Made by a program: the position numbers and the translations under genes
Shown here: piece after piece, positions 25,712 to 30,125 of the stretch
How the letters are laid out: each line of letters starts with the position of its first letter
How positions within the stretch are numbered: position 1 is the stretch's first letter
The notes under the pieces: model-generated
Told to the model about the DNA's origin: nothing
Seen by the model: only the letters and a program-made list of their open reading frames with translations
Database searches by the model: none
NCBI GenBank assembly: GCA_040905425.1
Contig: JBBDRO010000065.1
Location: 1-30,125, forward strand
Direction: 5' to 3'
DNA: 30,125 nt
From: Gemmatimonadota bacterium
GTDB taxonomy: Bacteria; Gemmatimonadota; Gemmatimonadetes; Longimicrobiales; RSA9

Positions 25712-25805
25712 GGGTGGTGGTGTGAGGGGCGCGGCGTGAGGGGCGCGGTGTGAGGGGCACGGCGTGAGGGGCACGGCGTGAGGGGCACGGCGTGAGGGGC
25801 GCAGC
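25708..25805 (+). repeat. 14-bp tandem repeat, 7 units
   Basis: GTGAGGGGC(A/G)CGGC units start at 25708, 25722, 25736, 25750, 25764, 25778 and 25792. Confidence 0.92.
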
Positions 25806-26658
25806 GCGCGGGGTAGCCGCACTGCGCCGCAGCGACGGCGCCTTCGAGGGCGTGGGGCGCCTGCGTCTGCGCTACCTCACCTGGGAGGTGCCCGAGCCGC
25901 GTGCGGCCATCGTGCTCGTGCACGGGCTGGGGGAGCACAGCGGTCGCTACGAGGAGGCCGCCGTCCGCCTGGGCGGTTACGGATTCTCCACCTATGCCTT
26001 CGACCTGCGCGGCCACGGCGTCTCGGATGGCCGGCGCGGCCACGTCCCCTCCTTCGAGGTCTACCTCCAGGACCTGGACCGCTTCCGGCGCGAGGTGCAG
26101 GGGCTGGCGGACCCGCGCACCACGCTCTTCCTGGTGGGCCATTCCATGGGCGCGCTGATTGCCCTGCGCTACCACGAGGAGTATGACAATCCCTTCCGCG
26201 CGCTCGTGGCGCTCTCACCCTGGCTGGCCACCGTCATGCCCGTGCCGCGCTGGAAGGCCCGGCTGGCCCCGCTCCTGGCGCGCGTGCTGCCCGCGCTGCC
26301 GCTCCGCACCGGCCTGGACCCGCGCCACATCTCGCGGGACCTCGAGGTGGTGGAGGCCTACCGCAACGACCCGCTCGTCCACGACCGCATCACCCCCCGC
26401 CTCTTCGAGGAAGTCTCCACCGCCATGGGCCTGGTGCCGCAGCGCGCCGAGCGCATCCAGGGCCCCGTCCTCTTCATGGTCCCCGGCGCCGACCGCATCG
26501 TGGACCCCAAACGGAGCCTGGCCGTAGCGCGCTCCCTCTCCGGCGTGGACGTCACCGTCAAGCACTACCCCAGCCACTACCACGACCTGCTGAACGAGAC
26601 GGACAGCGCGCTCGTCATTCAGGAGCTGCGGGACTGGCTGGCGGCGCGGATCAGGTAG
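25792..26658 (+). CDS. alpha/beta hydrolase (lysophospholipase/monoglyceride lipase family)
   Basis: LVHGLGEHSGRY, DLRGHGVSDG, nucleophile GHSMG, catalytic D (ADRIV) and H (YHDLLNE). Confidence 0.92.
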   Translation: MRGAARGVAALRRSDGAFEGVGRLRLRYLTWEVPEPRAAIVLVHGLGEHSGRYEEAAVRLGGYGFSTYAFDLRGHGVSDGRRGHVPSFEVYLQDLDRFRREVQGLADPRTTLFLVGHSMGALIALRYHEEYDNPFRALVALSPWLATVMPVPRWKARLAPLLARVLPALPLRTGLDPRHISRDLEVVEAYRNDPLVHDRITPRLFEEVSTAMGLVPQRAERIQGPVLFMVPGADRIVDPKRSLAVARSLSGVDVTVKHYPSHYHDLLNETDSALVIQELRDWLAARIR

Positions 26659-26805
26659 GGGGCCGGCAGCCCGCAGCGCGTGGCTCGCAGCATTACGCGC
26701 GGATCAGGTAAGCTGCCGCTCGCCCGGGCCCGGCCTGCGCCCCCCTGGCCTGAACTGCCATGGTGGCGCCCCGAGGGCGGTTGCATCGTGTGCCATGGTT
26801 AACGC

Positions 26806-26897
26806 CGGAGGCGGGCGGAGGCCGGAGCGGAGGCGGGCGAGGCCGGAGCGGAGGCGGGCGAGGCCGGAGCGGAGGCGGGCGAGGCCGGAGCGGAGGC
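26806..26897. repeat. 21-bp tandem repeat (about 4 copies)
   Basis: GAGGCCGGAGCGGAGGCGGGC at 26818, 26839 and 26860, plus partial flanking copies. Confidence 0.9.
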
Positions 26898-26954
26898 CGA
26901 GCCCACCGACAGGGACGTACCCCCTGAGCTGCTCGACGTGGCGGGATGGTTGGC

Positions 26955-26996
26955 CGCGCCGTTAAGCCAAAATATCTTATAAGATATTTTGGCTCA
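26955..26996. repeat. AT-rich palindrome, copy 2
   Basis: AGCCAAAATATCTTA|TAAGATATTTTGGCT perfect 30-bp palindrome (26965-26994); flank CGCGCCGTTA shared with copy 1 in inverted orientation. Confidence 0.9.
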
Positions 26997-27117
26997 GTGG
27001 TGCGCCGCAGTCTGCCACGGGCTCGAGCGTTTCCCCATAGCGTCCCCCCACCCGTCGGTTCGTCCGCCGCCGCCCTCCCCGCGCGCCACCCGTTATCACT
27101 CCCACGTGAGGCATATC

Positions 27118-27825
27118 ATGCGCCGCAATCTCCCTGGGGAGCTGGCAGAGTGCGTCGGGGACAGGCTGGCGGACGGGCTGTTGGCCCCGGGCTCCCGGAT
27201 CGACATCGCCACCCTGGTCCGCGAACTCGAGGTGAGCGTCACGCCGCTGCGCGAGACGCTGGCGTATCTGGCGGGGCAGGGCCTCGTCGTCCAGCGGGCG
27301 CGCTTCGGCTTCTTCGTGCCGCCACTGGACGAGCGCACCGTGCGCGCCGCGTACGACCTGCGGATGGTCCATCTGACCGCGGCGCTGAGGCTCTCGCCCG
27401 CTCCGTCGCGCGCACGCTGCCGGGCGCTCCGTTCTCACCGGCCTACCCTGTTTCCGCGTTCAGCCGATCCGCAGACGGCGCTGGACATGATGGACGAGTG
27501 GTTTCTCGATCTGGTCGGTGGCTGTGACAACCCCGCTCTGCAGGTCATGGTGCGGGCATCGCTCGTCCGTGTGCGGCCGTTCGAGCGCGGGCGCCTCGCC
27601 ACGGGAGAGACTGAGATCGGCCCGTGGTCCTTCCGATCGACCGTCGAATCACGGCTCGCCGAAGGTTGCGCAGGAGCTGCGGCTGAGGCGCTCTGGGGCC
27701 ATCTGAGCGCGGACGCCACGCGCGCGGCCGACTGGTTTCGGCGCACGCGGCCGGCAGCGGAGGTCGTGAGGCGGGCGGCGCCCCCCGGCCGCAGGCCTCG
27801 GGGCGGGGCCCGACCGGAAAAATAG
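27118..27825 (+). CDS. GntR-family transcriptional regulator (FCD-like C-terminus, divergent)
   Basis: LAPGSRIDIATLVRELEVSVTPLRETLAYLAGQGLV...GFFV winged HTH; ATG at 27118 after GAGG. Confidence 0.8.
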   Translation: MRRNLPGELAECVGDRLADGLLAPGSRIDIATLVRELEVSVTPLRETLAYLAGQGLVVQRARFGFFVPPLDERTVRAAYDLRMVHLTAALRLSPAPSRARCRALRSHRPTLFPRSADPQTALDMMDEWFLDLVGGCDNPALQVMVRASLVRVRPFERGRLATGETEIGPWSFRSTVESRLAEGCAGAAAEALWGHLSADATRAADWFRRTRPAAEVVRRAAPPGRRPRGGARPEK

Positions 27826-27939
27826 GGCAAAGGATCCTACGTGCCCTACGCGTGCCACGCTCTTCCGAATGGCTACCGCGCCCGGGTCTCGGCGTTGCCG
27901 CTCATGGCCGGGAGCGGGTAGTGGTGGTTCCCCAAAGGG

Positions 27940-27968
27940 TTGAGGCATCCGCCGCCTCCCGTTAGCTT
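27940..27968 (+). promoter_or_regulatory. sigma70 promoter of the SRP RNA gene
   Basis: TTGAGG, 17-nt spacer, TAGCTT; predicted +1 near 27975 coincides with the 5' end of the SRP stem. Confidence 0.65.
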
Positions 27969-27974
27969 CACACC

Positions 27975-28084
27975 AGCGTCGCCCCAGGAACCATCGGGCG
28001 CCAGCTCACGAATCCCGTCAGGGCCTCGCCGGCAGCAGCGGTAAGTGAGACGAGCGTCGCGCGTGGCTCTCCTGGGGCGACTCT
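27975..28084 (+). ncRNA. ffs: small bacterial SRP RNA (4.5S)
   Basis: Long hairpin: GTCGCCCCAGGA/TCCTGGGGCGAC closing stem, CTCAC/GTGAG, and the helix-8 signature GTCAGG-GCC-loop-GGC-AGCAGC; followed by a T-run; near dnaX. Confidence 0.85.
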
Positions 28085-28085
28085 T

Positions 28086-28553
28086 TTACACCAACCGGTG
28101 ATCCACCATCGTGCACCGGTCCTGCACCACCTTGATGCCCGCCCGCGCCAGCCGCTCGGCCGCCGCGTCGTTGCGGATGCCAAGCTGGAACCACACCACC
28201 TTCGGCCGGGCCGCGATCAGGTCATCCACGTGCGGCGGGATGTCCTTCGGCTTGCGGAAGACCACCACCATGTCCAGCTCGCCCGGGACGTCCGCCACCT
28301 TGAAGCAGCACGTCTCCTCCAGGATCTCCTCCCGGTCAGGGTAGTAGACCGGCACGGGCACGATCTCGTAGCCCGCCTTCTTCAGGTACTCCGGAACGTA
28401 GTAGGCCGGCTGCCCGGCGCGGTCCTCCGCCTTGATGCCGAGCACCGCGATGCGGCGCGCCTCGCCCAGCAGGCGAACGGCTTCGGCGGCGTCCTCCACG
28501 AGATTGTCCCGCCAGTCCTCCGCGTCCGCGTCCCGCTCCACATCGTCCGTCAT
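28086..28553 (-). CDS. CoA-binding protein (YccU-like)
   Basis: RIAVLGI, AYYVPEYLKKAGYEIVPV, DMVVVFRK, VVWFQLGIRN, VVQDRC; GGAGG RBS before ATG 28553. Confidence 0.9.
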   Translation of the reverse strand: MTDDVERDADAEDWRDNLVEDAAEAVRLLGEARRIAVLGIKAEDRAGQPAYYVPEYLKKAGYEIVPVPVYYPDREEILEETCCFKVADVPGELDMVVVFRKPKDIPPHVDDLIAARPKVVWFQLGIRNDAAAERLARAGIKVVQDRCTMVDHRLV

Positions 28554-28744
28554 GCTACCTCCGCCTGTGCCGCTCCGTGACCCGTCCGGGCCGTTCCCGG
28601 CGGACATTCTGCACGATCCGCTCCGCCCCGCCCGCCCGCGCGGCGGGCCCCCCGCGGCCGAACCACGCTACGGTGGCCCACCCGCCCGCCTGCCGGTAGT
28701 TTACGGGGTATGCCACCGCACCCTCAGTCGAGCACGCGATACCC

Positions 28745-30125
28745 ATGACCTCCGCCTCCCGCACCGCCCTCGCGCGCACCTACCGCCCGCGCCACTTCAG
28801 CGAACTCTCCACGCAGGAGCATGTGGCCGAGACGCTGCGCAGCGCCGTGGCGCGCGGCCGCGTGGCGCACGCCTACCTGTTCAGCGGTCCGCGCGGGGTG
28901 GGGAAGACCAGCGCCGCGCGCGTGCTGGCCATGGCGCTGAACTGCCCCGAGCGCACCGAAGAGGGTGAGCCGTGCGGCGTGTGCGAGAGCTGCGAGCGCA
29001 TCTGGAGCGGCCGCACGAGCCTGGACGTGGTGGAGATCGACGCCGCCAGCAACCGCGGCGTGGATGACGCCCGCGACCTGCGCGAGCGCGCCATGTACGC
29101 GCCCACCAACGAGACCCGCTGGAAGGTCTACATCGTGGACGAGGCGCACATGCTCACGCGCGAGGCGTGGAACGCGCTGCTCAAGATTCTGGAGGAGCCG
29201 CCGCCGCGCGTCATCTTCATATTCGCCACGACCGAGCCGCAGAAGATCCAGCAGGCCGCGCCGCCCATCCTATCGCGCTGCCAGCGCTTCGAGTTCCGTC
29301 GCATTCCGGTGAGCGCCATTACCAGCCGCATCCGCGAGGTGCTGGTGGCCGAGGGCGTGGAGGTGGAGGAGGGCGCGCTGCTGCCCATCGCGCGCCGCGC
29401 CGAGGGCGGCATGCGCGACGCGCTCTCGCTGGTGGACCAGGCGCTGGCCTTCAGCGGCGAGCACCTCACCGCCGCGGACGTGGGCCGCATCCTCGGCCTC
29501 GTGGGCGACGAGCTCTATCTGGAGCTCTTCCACCTCATGGCCGAGCGTGACGCCGCCGCCCTCTTTCGCTACGTCCAGCAGCTGCTCGACGAAGGCTACG
29601 ACCTGGCGGAGTTCTACCGCGGCCTGGCCGACGCGCTGCGCGCCCTGCTCGTGGCCGCCCTGGACGGCCCCGATGCCCTGGAGGTCCGCCCCGATCTGCG
29701 CCAGGCCTACGCCGAGGCCGGCGCCCGCTTCCCGCGCGGCGACCTGCTCCGCATGCTGGCCCTCGTAGCCGACTTCGACGCCGACGGCCGCTTCCGCAAG
29801 AGCGCCACCCCGCGCCTCCTCCTGGAAGCGCTGCTGCTCCGCTTTGCCTACATGGACAGCACCGTGGAGCTGGAAGCGCTCCTGCGCGGCCAGGAACCGC
29901 CCCCCGACAGCGGCGGCAGCCCTCCGCCCCCACGCCCACGCGGTCCCGTTCAAGCGACGTCCCCGCGCCAGCCGCCCGCGCGCTCCGCGCCGCGCGACGC
30001 CGCGCCACGTTCGTCGGCGGCGCCGTCGGCGCCCGCAGGGGACGAGCCGCCCGCGTCGGGTGCGTCGGACGGGTCGGACGGGTCGGACGGGTCGGACGGG
30101 TCGGACGGGTCGGACGGGTCGGACG
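28745..30125 (+). CDS. dnaX: DNA polymerase III gamma/tau subunit (3' end outside the window)
   Basis: Manual translation: ALARTYRP, HAYLFSGPRGVGKT, LNC...PCGVCESC, EIDAASNRGVDD, DEAHML, NALLKILEEPP, ILSRCQRF; missing from the ORF track because no stop occurs in the window. Confidence 0.96.
   Translation, partial: MTSASRTALARTYRPRHFSELSTQEHVAETLRSAVARGRVAHAYLFSGPRGVGKTSAARVLAMALNCPERTEEGEPCGVCESCERIWSGRTSLDVVEIDAASNRGVDDARDLRERAMYAPTNETRWKVYIVDEAHMLTREAWNALLKILEEPPPRVIFIFATTEPQKIQQAAPPILSRCQRFEFRRIPVSAITSRIREVLVAEGVEVEEGALLPIARRAEGGMRDALSLVDQALAFSGEHLTAADVGRILGLVGDELYLELFHLMAERDAAALFRYVQQLLDEGYDLAEFYRGLADALRALLVAALDGPDALEVRPDLRQAYAEAGARFPRGDLLRMLALVADFDADGRFRKSATPRLLLEALLLRFAYMDSTVELEALLRGQEPPPDSGGSPPPPRPRGPVQATSPRQPPARSAPRDAAPRSSAAPSAPAGDEPPASGASDGSDGSDGSDGSDGSDGSD
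30064..30125 (+). repeat. 9-bp in-frame tandem repeat in the dnaX linker
   Basis: (TCGGACGGG)n, about 7 copies to the window edge, encoding Ser-Asp-Gly. Confidence 0.9.

Noticed and set aside
26781..26795. Minus-strand sigma54 promoter TGGCACACGATGCAA
   Set aside because: GG-to-GC spacing is 2 nt too short and there is no downstream gene on that strand.
27826..27960. Alu domain of a large SRP RNA, or a tRNA/6S RNA
   Set aside because: A promoter sits directly before the small SRP stem; no cloverleaf or 6S-type central bubble could be built.

Overview
GC-rich bacterial chromosomal window, probably Gemmatimonadota (inferred from the ybaB-recR-hypothetical-mglB-mglA-pgsA-cinA cluster). The left ~16.6 kb is accessory or defence-like. 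It carries an HTH-HipA module, an AAA+/DUF4143 ATPase, an AbrB-Doc module, one intact and one truncated AbiEi/DUF559 nuclease gene, and a small Cys-rich protein. It also has two paralogous membrane/coiled-coil/DUF2325 genes bracketing a sigma54 two-component system and a beta-propeller lipoprotein. The right half is mostly housekeeping: ppc, ybaB, recR, mglBA, pgsA, cinA, a DegT aminotransferase, an alpha/beta hydrolase, a GntR regulator, SRP RNA, a CoA-binding protein and the 5' part of dnaX. The most unusual non-coding signals are: (i) five copies of a composite palindromic element with 60-bp internal periodicity, two of which bracket the TA pair and the DUF559 nuclease gene; (ii) two distant 30-bp AT-rich perfect palindromes with compensatory changes; (iii) twin enhancer plus sigma54-promoter arrangements with near-identical spacing; (iv) a 14-bp tandem repeat forming a chain of GTGA-coupled minigenes; (v) an SRP RNA lacking the GNRA tetraloop. 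All family calls come from motif recognition by eye; no database searches were run.
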